IMG/VR virus record: IMGVR_UViG_3300037245_001077
Span: 96,001 to 160,000 of that record
Length of the DNA: 64,000 nucleotides
From: a virus
Strand: one strand, 5' to 3'
The notes beneath the pieces are model-generated. The model was not told where the DNA came from. It searched no databases and saw nothing but the letters and a program-made list of their open reading frames with translations. The translations under genes were made by a program, and so were the position numbers. Positions 28,890 to 38,119 of the stretch are shown here, in pieces; the stretch's first letter is position 1, and each line of letters starts with the position of its first letter.

Positions 28890-29617
28890 TGCTGTACTTA
28901 GAACAAGAAGCTGCCCTTCGTCAGGTTACAGAGGGAGTAGATGTTCTTTCTCACTTCCTAATGGAGCTGTATGATTTAGACGAGGATGATGCTCTAGACA
29001 CAGTACGAGAACTACCTGATCTTATCAATAAAATCCAAGACAATAAGCTCCGAGAATTGTTTGAGGTAGCGGCTAAGCGTGCTCGTACTAAGGTAATCAA
29101 ATTCAATCAACCAAACCCCGATGAGTTCTACCCTGGCCATCCAAAGTTCATGCCGAATATTACAACCAAGAGTACGTTTAACGAGCATATGGCTCAAGCG
29201 TTAGAGCCTTATGTCACATCTATTATGCGTAAAGTAGCTAAGGATCGTGGCCTTAAAGCTCCTGAGGAGCGTGTTGTTAAAGCAGTTATAGCCCAAACAG
29301 ATTGGGCAAGAGCCGCATACGAAGCTAAACGTATGCCCCCTAAGCCTCCTCCAAGCCAATTACGCCGGTTCTTTAGAAAGTATCTTGGTCCATTAGAACG
29401 CAAGTTATCTGGGGCTACAGGTATGTTGTTTGGAATAGCCATGTCTGCCCTTATGATGCAGATGATGTGGCAAACCTTTAAGCATTCCGCTGAAGCAGCA
29501 GGAGGAGGAGTGAAAAGTTTCATACCCTTCTCTCATGCTTCTCAGCACAGAGTGCAGAACAAGTATCAACGCAAACTGGGTATTCCTAAACGGTTCCGAA
29601 CCTTTAAGACCTTCTAA
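28889..29617 (+). CDS. protein with acidic leader, basic body and TM-like helix
   Basis: Acidic N-terminus ending LRELFE; GATGMLFGIAMSALMMQMMW. Confidence 0.6.
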   Translation: MLYLEQEAALRQVTEGVDVLSHFLMELYDLDEDDALDTVRELPDLINKIQDNKLRELFEVAAKRARTKVIKFNQPNPDEFYPGHPKFMPNITTKSTFNEHMAQALEPYVTSIMRKVAKDRGLKAPEERVVKAVIAQTDWARAAYEAKRMPPKPPPSQLRRFFRKYLGPLERKLSGATGMLFGIAMSALMMQMMWQTFKHSAEAAGGGVKSFIPFSHASQHRVQNKYQRKLGIPKRFRTFKTF

Positions 29618-30027
29618 TGGGGGTTAAACGGCAATGGAAGGTTATGAAGTTGAGGCAGTTGCCTATAGCTGAAGATGTCCGGGCACAGCTTGTCAAGGAT
29701 ATCATTAGGCGTAAGTGCCCTACCGTTAAACTTTATGCCTGGGACGTTCACCATGAAGGTGTTCATCTCGTTGCCAAACAAGCATTTTTCAATCAACAAC
29801 AAGCCCTAAAAGATTGGTATATCTCTAAACGGCTGTGGGAAAAAGAATCTCCTCCGGCTGGGATAGTTGTCTACGCATGGAAAACAGATGTAGATGACAT
29901 CACTAAACACGCTAAGGGTACTTCTTTGCGCGAAATTACGTTGCCTCGTAAGCGGGAGATGGATGTTGTTATCCTCCCCTCCTCTGTACAGGAGGATATA
30001 CAACGAACCCTGGAAAACCAGTCCTAA
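29617..30027 (+). CDS. hypothetical protein
   Basis: TAATG coupling to the upstream gene. Confidence 0.5.
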   Translation: MGVKRQWKVMKLRQLPIAEDVRAQLVKDIIRRKCPTVKLYAWDVHHEGVHLVAKQAFFNQQQALKDWYISKRLWEKESPPAGIVVYAWKTDVDDITKHAKGTSLREITLPRKREMDVVILPSSVQEDIQRTLENQS

Positions 30028-30120
30028 ACCCTAGCTCTTATCCCTCTATATGCATAATTGATTGACTTGGGAAACCGGAGAACTTTGGTTTACCTGAAAT
30101 AAAACCATAGGAGGTAACAG

Positions 30121-30393
30121 ATGACCTATCCGAATATGGATCTGCAATCCTTACCCGCGAATATCGATTTGCGAGTTGGGACAGATCAGGCCGAACGGAC
30201 TCTCCAGCTTTCGTACTGGCAAGTCTGGGCTGGTATCCAGTCGTTGAATATCATCGATAATCTGGGTATTCGTCCTGAAGTTGTGGTCAATGCTGGCGAT
30301 GAAGCTGCGTTCGATACAGCTCTCGGAAACTTGATTGCTGAACTTGTCGCTGCGACTGTCTATTACGACGAAATCTTTGCAATGGTTCCGTAG
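30121..30393 (+). CDS. small hypothetical (head) protein
   Basis: AGGAGGT RBS. Confidence 0.6.
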   Translation: MTYPNMDLQSLPANIDLRVGTDQAERTLQLSYWQVWAGIQSLNIIDNLGIRPEVVVNAGDEAAFDTALGNLIAELVAATVYYDEIFAMVP

Positions 30394-30401
30394 GATAGTG
30401 C

Positions 30402-30767
30402 ATGGAAGCACGGCGGCTGATTGACGCAGACATCATCTTAGGGGAGTCCCTTACAAGATTCCATCTTGCGATGGACAACTCGATGTTTCCTGATAGCAGC
30501 ACCGAACTCCATGTAGCTCACCATCCGAATGGTGACCTTAGAGAACCGGCACAATGGTACAATGTTTACGAACATCCTACTGAGCACCAGCTCAAGCTAG
30601 TTCGTGAAGCACTTAATATCGATGAGGACGACTGGAGGATTGTAGAGCACATGCTCGGATCTTTTCGCTGGGTTATTTACCAGCATGTTGACCCCTCAAA
30701 ACGCGCTGAAATTCGTGTCGATGTTGCCGGTATGAAGGCCGGTGAATGGACAACAACCTACTTCTAG
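30402..30767 (+). CDS. hypothetical protein
   Basis: ORF preceding the protease. Confidence 0.55.
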   Translation: MEARRLIDADIILGESLTRFHLAMDNSMFPDSSTELHVAHHPNGDLREPAQWYNVYEHPTEHQLKLVREALNIDEDDWRIVEHMLGSFRWVIYQHVDPSKRAEIRVDVAGMKAGEWTTTYF

Positions 30768-30777
30768 GAGATCACTG

Positions 30778-32313
30778 ATGACTGACCTGATCGAAGTTAT
30801 GCCCTTTGAATATCAGATTGTAGAATCTGAGAATGGCGCGTTCCGCGTTGAAGGGGTTTTCCAACGGTCAGATGTCGAGAATGCTAACAAGCGTGTTTAC
30901 CCCCGTCGTATCTGGGAAAAAGAACTGGGTGAGAAGAGGGTCATGGAAGCCCTTGAAAGCCGTTCTATGTACGGTGAACTGGATCACCCGTCCGATGGGA
31001 AAACGATGTTGAAACGTGTGTCTCATGTAGTTACTAATCTTTCTCTTACTGAGGATGGAACAGTAACTGGCGGGGCAGACATTTTGCCTACACCAAATGG
31101 CCAGATCCTACGCACTCTTTTTGAGTCGGGTACCCAAGTCGGTATTAGTTCTCGGGGGTCAGGTTCCGTACAAGGCGGTGTAGTACAGGAGGATTTCAAG
31201 CTCGGTACTTTTGATTTCGTAGCGCGACCCTCCACCCCAGGTGCGCTCCCCCGCCATGCGGGGGAAATTAGCGGTAAAAAGTCCCGCACAGAAGGTGACG
31301 ATACTATCGAGAATGTTGTCGTAACAGATGCAGGGGAAATGGACTCCGATCTTTTCGACAAGCTTTGTCAAGAATTAGAAACCCTTGATGCTGGCGGCAT
31401 TGTTGATGGTAATCTAACTGAAAGTGAACTTTCTACCATGGATTTCAATGACATCGGTCACGACGTTACAGTGTTGTATAATGCTGTAATGGGAGAACAG
31501 GAGTTCTCTCCTGAATTTGTGGACGCAGTCAGTGAAGATATCCTAAATCTCGGTGGAACACTAACTCAATTAGCGGCTGACCACCCCGAACATGGAATAG
31601 TTATTTCAGATCTACTAGAAAAAGTCGAGAAAAGCCGTGGGGCTGTGATTGCACAAGTCCCACAAGAAATTGTTAAGGAGGAACCCATGGACAGGCTTCA
31701 ATTCATTAAGGACCGTCTCCAAGAGCGCTCTGACAACCAAGTTTTAAGCGCTGAGGAGGAGATCATGCAAGAAGCCGATGAGCTGCGTCAGGAGCTAGAA
31801 GAGCTTACTGATGACGAGTTGATTGACGTAGCCTTGAAAACTGGTGTTCTTGAGCCAGATGGCGTTGACGAAGACGATGACGATGACGAGCCGGAAGCGG
31901 AAGTCACCGTTCAGGATCTTTTGGATTACATCGAAGAACTTGAGAACGATCACGAAGAGGCGACAAACTTGGTTGTGGAGTTGGCGGAGGCCCTTGAAGA
32001 GACAGAAGATGTTGATGACATCACACTAAAGTACGAGGCTTCGTTGAACATCATCCAAGAGACCGTTGGTCGTTATCAACTTCTACAAGAGGCAGTCGGT
32101 GGCGAAGAGAAGGCCGAAGCGATTATGGAAGCCCATATTCAGGCCCTCGAAGCTGCATCAGAAGTCACCGAGAGTGGTGACAAAAAGAGAACCCTTACAG
32201 AAGACGACGATGTCGCCGCTGTTGAGGCACTTTTGAACCAGGACGATCCAGAGGGTGACGCTGAGATGCAGCGTTACGTAGAACTCGCAGAGAGTGCCCT
32301 CGGGTTGAACTAG
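30778..32313 (+). CDS. prohead protease (T4 gp21-like) fused to acidic scaffold domain
   Basis: VEGVFQRSDVENANKRVYP, YGELDHP, VSH, ILPTPNG, VGISSRGSGS and FDFVARPS motifs; start ATG 30778 after AGGAG. Confidence 0.92.
   Translation: MTDLIEVMPFEYQIVESENGAFRVEGVFQRSDVENANKRVYPRRIWEKELGEKRVMEALESRSMYGELDHPSDGKTMLKRVSHVVTNLSLTEDGTVTGGADILPTPNGQILRTLFESGTQVGISSRGSGSVQGGVVQEDFKLGTFDFVARPSTPGALPRHAGEISGKKSRTEGDDTIENVVVTDAGEMDSDLFDKLCQELETLDAGGIVDGNLTESELSTMDFNDIGHDVTVLYNAVMGEQEFSPEFVDAVSEDILNLGGTLTQLAADHPEHGIVISDLLEKVEKSRGAVIAQVPQEIVKEEPMDRLQFIKDRLQERSDNQVLSAEEEIMQEADELRQELEELTDDELIDVALKTGVLEPDGVDEDDDDDEPEAEVTVQDLLDYIEELENDHEEATNLVVELAEALEETEDVDDITLKYEASLNIIQETVGRYQLLQEAVGGEEKAEAIMEAHIQALEAASEVTESGDKKRTLTEDDDVAAVEALLNQDDPEGDAEMQRYVELAESALGLN
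31687..32313 (+). CDS. nested in-frame scaffold protein (internal start)
   Basis: TAAGGAGG (31674-81) plus 5 nt plus in-frame ATG; very acidic coiled coil, 208 aa. Confidence 0.65.
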   Translation: MDRLQFIKDRLQERSDNQVLSAEEEIMQEADELRQELEELTDDELIDVALKTGVLEPDGVDEDDDDDEPEAEVTVQDLLDYIEELENDHEEATNLVVELAEALEETEDVDDITLKYEASLNIIQETVGRYQLLQEAVGGEEKAEAIMEAHIQALEAASEVTESGDKKRTLTEDDDVAAVEALLNQDDPEGDAEMQRYVELAESALGLN

Positions 32314-32346
32314 GTTTAGAACATAAAAATATAAGGAGGATCGATC

Positions 32347-33723
32347 ATGCAAACCCAAGAACTTCACGCACTTGGTGATCTGGGCAAGCAACTTGCAGAA
32401 GGCCACTGGCGTCCACTCGTCGAGAGTATCGAAGATAAAAGCACCAGAGAGCTAACCGCAATTCTGCTAGAAAATGAGCGCAGGTATATTGCAAACATGG
32501 AAGAGGATGTTAGGATCCAGAGTATTGGATCGTTCGAGAAGTTCGTCTTCCCCATCGTTCGTGCTGTGTTCCCGAATCTTATTGCCAAGGATATCGTTAG
32601 TGTCCAGCCTATGACTGGACCGACATCATTGGTATTCTATCTTGATGCCGTGTATGGCACTACCAAAGGTAGCGTCACTGCCGGTGACACAATGTTCAGC
32701 GCCCGTAAGGGTCACCTTGCGGACGACCAGTACTCGTCTGAGTTCGTTGACGGCGAGAAGTATGCCGATTCGGGTGGTACTGCTGTATCATTCACACTTG
32801 GCTTCCATAGTTGCCGTCCGGGTACTTTCTCAGCGGTTTATGAGGATGCACAGGGCGGAAGCGATCTCGTTACCGTTAAAGATAATGGTGTTGGTGGTTT
32901 GACAGCTACTGGTGGTGATGGCATTACTGGTACTGTGACTATCAACTACGCTACTGGCGCAGTTGTATGGACCGCTTCTAGCACTATTGCTTCGACAATT
33001 GTTGGTAGCTACTACTACAATTCTGAGGGATCTGACCAGATTCCTATCGTTGACATCAACCTGTCCAGTGTGCCGGTTCGTGCGATTCCGCACAAATTGC
33101 GTGCTCGTTGGTCAGTTGAGGCCGCAACTAATCTGAAGGCCATCCATGGCATGGACGCTGAGTCTGAGCTGGTTGCCCTTCTCTCTGAGAAGATCCGGTG
33201 GGACGTTGATCGTAGAATCATCTCCGACCTCTTCACTATCGCTTCGGCTGGTTCCGTTACTTGGAACAAGCCCGCTCCTGCCGCGATTTCGTACAACGAT
33301 CACAAGCAGACCTTCATTGACGCACTCATTGAAGCCAGCAACCTGATCTTCCGTGCGACTCGTCGTGGTACTGGTAACTTCGTTGTGTGTGGCACCAACG
33401 TGTCGAACGTCATTGAGTCTCTCTATGGCTTCCGTCCGCAGGCTGTTGCAGGCAACGGTGTTGTGTTCGTTGGTACGCTCCAGGGTCGCTGGTCGATCTA
33501 CAAGGATCCGTACATGGACGCCGACAAGTTCCTCGTTGGTTGGAAGGGTTCTTCTTTCCTTGAGGCCGGTTACGTGTATGCTCCGTATGTGCCGCTGTAC
33601 ACTACACCAACTTACGTACTCGACGACATGTTGAACCGTAAGGGGATGATGAGTCAGTACGGTGTAAAGGCGATCAATGGCGACTTCTATGCGCTTGGTG
33701 AAGTCACTTACAATGTGGTGTAA
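32347..33723 (+). CDS. major capsid protein (T4 gp23-like)
   Basis: AILLENE, PIVRAVFPNLIAKDIVSVQPMTGPT, KLRARWSVEAA.NLKAIHGMDAESEL and AGYVYAPYVPL motifs. Confidence 0.96.
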   Translation: MQTQELHALGDLGKQLAEGHWRPLVESIEDKSTRELTAILLENERRYIANMEEDVRIQSIGSFEKFVFPIVRAVFPNLIAKDIVSVQPMTGPTSLVFYLDAVYGTTKGSVTAGDTMFSARKGHLADDQYSSEFVDGEKYADSGGTAVSFTLGFHSCRPGTFSAVYEDAQGGSDLVTVKDNGVGGLTATGGDGITGTVTINYATGAVVWTASSTIASTIVGSYYYNSEGSDQIPIVDINLSSVPVRAIPHKLRARWSVEAATNLKAIHGMDAESELVALLSEKIRWDVDRRIISDLFTIASAGSVTWNKPAPAAISYNDHKQTFIDALIEASNLIFRATRRGTGNFVVCGTNVSNVIESLYGFRPQAVAGNGVVFVGTLQGRWSIYKDPYMDADKFLVGWKGSSFLEAGYVYAPYVPLYTTPTYVLDDMLNRKGMMSQYGVKAINGDFYALGEVTYNVV

Positions 33724-33751
33724 ACCACTGTCAGTGACCGAGTAGTAATCT

Positions 33752-33786
33752 AAGCCCCTCACAGTTTTGTGGGGGGCTTGTCTTTA
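33752..33786 (+). terminator. terminator after the capsid gene
   Basis: AAGCCCCTCACA-GTTT-TGTGGGGGGCTT stem followed by GTCTTTA. Confidence 0.75.
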
Positions 33787-33806
33787 TTGATATGACGGAG
33801 GAACTA

Positions 33807-34556
33807 ATGGCACTAGAAAAGTTTTTATATTTTGACAGGAAGCCTACTAATGTGTGCTGGAATGGCACGTCATTTCCTATCAACCCCAAGGACATTATTG
33901 AATGTCTCCCTGGCTTCATCAAGGCTTTTATTAATGAGAAGTGGTATAAGAAAGTACCTGCTGACGATACTCGTCCAGTGAAGTATACTTTCCCGGCCAC
34001 TCCCAGTTTCTTGACACCTGACCCCATGAAAGGTCTTCCTGTACGATCTACCGACAAGATTACCTCTGAGATGAGAGGTAAGGTACGCCCGGTAGTTGTC
34101 TTAGGGGATGAGCCTGAGCTTAACCCCTATGATCTTGGGGTTGAAGATGTTGTAGTGGACGAGAAACCTAGAGTGGTTGCTACTACGGCTATTCCTAAAG
34201 CAGCTCCTACTATCGTTGTACCTGCTCCCAAGGTTGAAGAAGAAAAGACCGAAGACTTCGATACCGATGAAGAAGAAACAGAAGAGACTACAGTAGAGTT
34301 GGATTTACCCGCTCCTCCTGATGAGAAAGATGTCCAGGTTGATCCGCCTGAAGCTGATCAAGGGCCAGGGATTCCTTTGAAGTCTGCCCTGCGGATCGAG
34401 AATAGGGATCTCATTTATGACCGCATGGTGGGTGTACGTGATGCGGGATGTCCTTTGAACCCGGATATGGTGGATACCTTCAGCGAGTTTAGGACTAAAA
34501 GCACTCGGGGTATTATGTTCAAGGCTCTGTGGAAGTATTACGGATTTGACGACTAA
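33807..34556 (+). CDS. hypothetical protein with acidic/Pro linker
   Basis: GGAGG at 33797 favours ATG 33807 over 33792. Confidence 0.55.
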   Translation: MALEKFLYFDRKPTNVCWNGTSFPINPKDIIECLPGFIKAFINEKWYKKVPADDTRPVKYTFPATPSFLTPDPMKGLPVRSTDKITSEMRGKVRPVVVLGDEPELNPYDLGVEDVVVDEKPRVVATTAIPKAAPTIVVPAPKVEEEKTEDFDTDEEETEETTVELDLPAPPDEKDVQVDPPEADQGPGIPLKSALRIENRDLIYDRMVGVRDAGCPLNPDMVDTFSEFRTKSTRGIMFKALWKYYGFDD

Positions 34557-34570
34557 AGTAGGAGCGAGGA

Positions 34571-35293
34571 ATGGTTCAGCCTGCGTCCTTTAACAACAGT
34601 TATATCATTGACTGGGTGCGTAAGAAGTTGGGTGACCCAACAGTTCAAGTTGAACTGGATGAAACCCAAATTGAACAGTCTATTGACGATGTTATGGAAC
34701 TGTTCATGATATACCGCCCGGTAGAAAATAACATTGGTCAACAATACGGTAGGGGGCATTATCTTATTGAACCCCCAGACACCGCTATTGGTGTGTTGGA
34801 TGTAGAGTTTGTACGTAACGATTTCGCAACTTATGAAAGTGTTGAGGGGGCGTTGCTGTACGACCCCTTCTACTTTCTTTCTGCCGGTGGTATCACAGGC
34901 ATCGACATTCAAACCTATGACTTGGTTCGCCATTGGCTAGAGATCATTAGCCGTGAGTTTGGGTCAGAGGAAGGGTACTTGCTGTTGGATGATGGACGAG
35001 TCTTCCTTCAGATCCCTGGTACCTTTGATGTAACCATTAAGTGGGCAATGCCTTGGACTGGTTTGGGCAACATTCACCGCCCTTACCAACAACTCTTTCT
35101 AAACCTAGTGTTAGCAAAGAGTCGTCAGATCTTAGGTCATATTCGTGCGAAGTTTTCTCAAGGTGTTCCTGGGGCAGGTACCATGGTGCAACTGGACGGT
35201 GAGTACCAGCGTGAAAAGGGTGCCGCAGATGAAGATAAGTTCACGGATGAACTGGTACGTACCAGCCCGCACTTCTTGCCATCGATGGGGTAA
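34571..35293 (+). CDS. neck protein (T4 gp13-like)
   Basis: RKKLGDPTVQVELDETQIEQSIDD and LGHIRAKF..VPGAG..VQLDG motifs. Confidence 0.8.
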   Translation: MVQPASFNNSYIIDWVRKKLGDPTVQVELDETQIEQSIDDVMELFMIYRPVENNIGQQYGRGHYLIEPPDTAIGVLDVEFVRNDFATYESVEGALLYDPFYFLSAGGITGIDIQTYDLVRHWLEIISREFGSEEGYLLLDDGRVFLQIPGTFDVTIKWAMPWTGLGNIHRPYQQLFLNLVLAKSRQILGHIRAKFSQGVPGAGTMVQLDGEYQREKGAADEDKFTDELVRTSPHFLPSMG

Positions 35294-35296
35294 GTC

Positions 35297-35809
35297 ATGC
35301 CGTTACCGTTATTTGCTGCCACTAAAGATCGCAAGTTGATGGAACAAATCAACAAAGAGATGTATCAGTTGTATATGCACCAAATGGATGTGTACAAGCT
35401 GAGTTTTCGTACTGGTACCCAAACTTATCTATATCATGAGGACATTCACCGGGAGATGCTTGACGAGCCTAGCTATGCTATTGAAGCGTATGTTGATGTA
35501 ACGGACAACGGGTTAGCTGCCCTCTATAAGCAGGGGCAACAACTCGACAGACAACTCTTTGTGTACACTAGTCGTAAAGGGCTAGAGGATGTGCTCAAAG
35601 GTTTGAATTTAGACTACCACCGGGATGTCCCAACTGATGGGGATATCGTGCGTATCCAAGACGGGCTATGGGAAGTGATGACTGTTGACCCAGAGGGATA
35701 CCACATGAATGACCGGCGTTACCCTTTTGACTTTCAATTTATGATCGTTCCCTTACAACGTTCTAGCATCCCGAATGATGATACTCGTGAATCATTCAAG
35801 AGGCTGTAA
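35297..35809 (+). CDS. head completion / neck protein (gp14-like)
   Basis: Position; IEAYV and PTDGDIV..LWEV motifs. Confidence 0.6.
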   Translation: MPLPLFAATKDRKLMEQINKEMYQLYMHQMDVYKLSFRTGTQTYLYHEDIHREMLDEPSYAIEAYVDVTDNGLAALYKQGQQLDRQLFVYTSRKGLEDVLKGLNLDYHRDVPTDGDIVRIQDGLWEVMTVDPEGYHMNDRRYPFDFQFMIVPLQRSSIPNDDTRESFKRL

Positions 35810-36366
35810 TGGCCTTTGGGGTAAGACTGGGATCTGGGATAAAGAAACGTATCACTAAAGCTTTACGTTTGCTGAGGATTATCCACCCTACAGCGAAGTA
35901 TCCTGACCCTACAATCAGTCCACAACCCTTTCTTAACAAGGGGCTTATGGCTCTTCAGGGTTTAGGCGAAGAGATGGCTAACCAGTTTGCCGATGATCTT
36001 AGACAGATCATCAGTAGGCAGTTGATTTCTTGGGTGCCATTAAGCTCTGGGTATGCGATACGTAAACGAACTTTGGGGTTAGACCCACGAATTCTCATTG
36101 CTACTGGACGGTATGTTAACTCAATCCAAGCTATACAGCAGAAGGATGGAGGCTGGATTGTTTCTATCCCTGATGAACCCTTACGCCCAGGAAGCAAGTA
36201 CACCCTTAAAGACTTAGCAAGATGGCTAGAGTATGGAACATTGCGTATGCCTGCTCGTCCGCATTGGCGTCCTGCTCAAAATATATGGCGAACTAAGATT
36301 TATCAAATGAAGAGAAGATTGCACTTCGACCTCGTTCAAGAGTTGAAGAGAGCTGGATATAGATGA
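35809..36366 (+). CDS. tail completion / virion morphogenesis protein (HK97 gp10 / Mu gpG-like)
   Basis: WVPLS..Y..RK, LIATGRYVNSI and LEYGT.RMPARPHW motifs. Confidence 0.75.
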   Translation: MAFGVRLGSGIKKRITKALRLLRIIHPTAKYPDPTISPQPFLNKGLMALQGLGEEMANQFADDLRQIISRQLISWVPLSSGYAIRKRTLGLDPRILIATGRYVNSIQAIQQKDGGWIVSIPDEPLRPGSKYTLKDLARWLEYGTLRMPARPHWRPAQNIWRTKIYQMKRRLHFDLVQELKRAGYR

Positions 36367-37208
36367 GCAACTGGACAGATAGCATCTACCGCCCGGATCA
36401 ATTTCCAGAGACGCGGCAAATTGCTACCGAACGGGTAGAGAATTATGACGTTATCGCACGTCATGATGTTGCTCTGATGAACTACTTCACGTTTTGGATG
36501 CCTTATAAGGATAAGGAGACGAATATCCTCCACGAGAAGCTGGTCCCCATGGTATTTGCTACGCCTCGGAGAGAGTATTCTGAGCGAGATTTGAATGCTG
36601 GAGACGATGAGAGACGAACAGCCATGGAATGGGAAGGCGATTTTCCGCCTACTCAACTTGAGAGAATAGTCTACCCATCTATAGCGGTTAGTCGAATGGA
36701 TATCACCTTCGACCAAACCCGATTCGCGTATGCTCCTTGGCGGAAACTCATCTACTCTGACGATTTGAACATGGTATTGGAGTCTAATTTCCCTCTGCCC
36801 TATAATTTCTCTTACCAATTTGATTTCTGGATGCTAAACCAAGTGGACTGGAACATTTTTCAGGAGTCTTGGGCACGAAAGTTCCCGAGACCTACTCATT
36901 GGCTTGATGTAAATTTCCCCCCTCCATGGGATATACAGTCCGTACACATGCAGACTCAGGGGCTATTGTCAAACACTTCTATTCTTGAGGGTGGAGAAGA
37001 TCAACGTCAGCTTCGTGGTGTAGCTACGGTTAACGTGTTCGGTTGGATTCCTCTACCTACACGGTGGGTTCGTACCATTCAAAAGCTCACGATAGACCTT
37101 ATTGAAGAGAGTTCGCAAGAGATTCTTGAGACATATGAAACTGAACTTCTAAGCAAGCAAGACTTCTGGGATACCGGGGATAAGGATCAGGCATGGGTAT
37201 GGAAATAG
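36363..37208 (+). CDS. tail terminator / sheath stabiliser (gp15-like)
   Basis: VPMVFATPRR, YPSIAVSRMDITFD and PLPYNFSYQFDFW motifs. Confidence 0.65.
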   Translation: MSNWTDSIYRPDQFPETRQIATERVENYDVIARHDVALMNYFTFWMPYKDKETNILHEKLVPMVFATPRREYSERDLNAGDDERRTAMEWEGDFPPTQLERIVYPSIAVSRMDITFDQTRFAYAPWRKLIYSDDLNMVLESNFPLPYNFSYQFDFWMLNQVDWNIFQESWARKFPRPTHWLDVNFPPPWDIQSVHMQTQGLLSNTSILEGGEDQRQLRGVATVNVFGWIPLPTRWVRTIQKLTIDLIEESSQEILETYETELLSKQDFWDTGDKDQAWVWK

Positions 37209-37696
37209 ATCCTGAACAGCTCAAGCTGGGTGTTAAGGCAGAAAAAGAACACGCGGATACCGTGACGGGGAACAAGAAGAAGAAGATCCGTGCGATTGCT
37301 AAGGATCATCTTAAAGAAATCCCAGACTACTATACGAGGTTGAAGAAAATGGAAAAGAAAGCTGGAGTAAAAGAGTCACGTTATATGGACCCCATAGAAC
37401 GTCTTCATGACGCAACTGTGGCACGTATTCGTAAAGGAGCTAAGGAAGGTAAGTACTGGCTCTTGAGATCAGAGGCCGATGAAGAACGTTGGCAATGGGC
37501 CTTAAACCGAGTGATAGAAGACACTATGGCGGCTAGTATTGGGGGCCGATCTATGCCTTTTGCGGGTGGCGGGGACTTTAACAGAAAGAAAGATCGCGCC
37601 TTCGGTGCTCGGAACAAGTGTGCCCCAGAGATGGCAAAGAATGCAGTTGATTCGTTGATAGGTAAAAAAGGGAAGAAGTCTGTTGACATACTATAA
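37193..37696 (+). CDS. DUF5661-like protein
   Basis: EQLKLGVKAEKEH...AIAKDHLKEIPDYYTRLKKME motif. Confidence 0.7.
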   Translation: MGMEIDPEQLKLGVKAEKEHADTVTGNKKKKIRAIAKDHLKEIPDYYTRLKKMEKKAGVKESRYMDPIERLHDATVARIRKGAKEGKYWLLRSEADEERWQWALNRVIEDTMAASIGGRSMPFAGGGDFNRKKDRAFGARNKCAPEMAKNAVDSLIGKKGKKSVDIL

Positions 37697-37737
37697 CCCT
37701 AATCTATTTATTGTACGATGACTTGAGGAGGATCTGT

Positions 37738-38103
37738 ATGAACCGGTACCTCATAATTGGAAAATCTCCGCAAATGTGCGATGTCTTTCTAAAAGACCCG
37801 AATGGGATTTTCCGGCAGCACAAATTTATCAGTGGTAAAAGTATGGAAATTACTGAAAAGGAAATGACTTTTCATGTAATTCGTCAAGAAGGTTACGGGC
37901 TTATCCAGGTTGTTAAGCTTGATCCCGTAGAGGAAGAGAAGCCTTCTCCGGTTTCAATTGTTCTTGATGAACCAGCCGAAGAACCTGAAGAAGAGATAAC
38001 CACCGAGGAGAAAGCTCCTGCGGTGCATATAGAAGAGACCGAATCTGTAGAAGCGGTAGCTCCACCTCGTAAGAGGCGCAAGCGGAAGAAGCCGCAAACA
38101 TAA
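37738..38103 (+). CDS. hypothetical protein (acidic linker, basic tail)
   Basis: GAGGAGG RBS before ATG 37738. Confidence 0.55.
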   Translation: MNRYLIIGKSPQMCDVFLKDPNGIFRQHKFISGKSMEITEKEMTFHVIRQEGYGLIQVVKLDPVEEEKPSPVSIVLDEPAEEPEEEITTEEKAPAVHIEETESVEAVAPPRKRRKRKKPQT

Positions 38104-38119
38104 GAACCTTTAGGAGGTT

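Noticed and set aside
32320-32335. T4 late promoter TATAAATA before the capsid gene
   Set aside because: The sequence is CATAAAAATA, not a match, and it does not recur elsewhere
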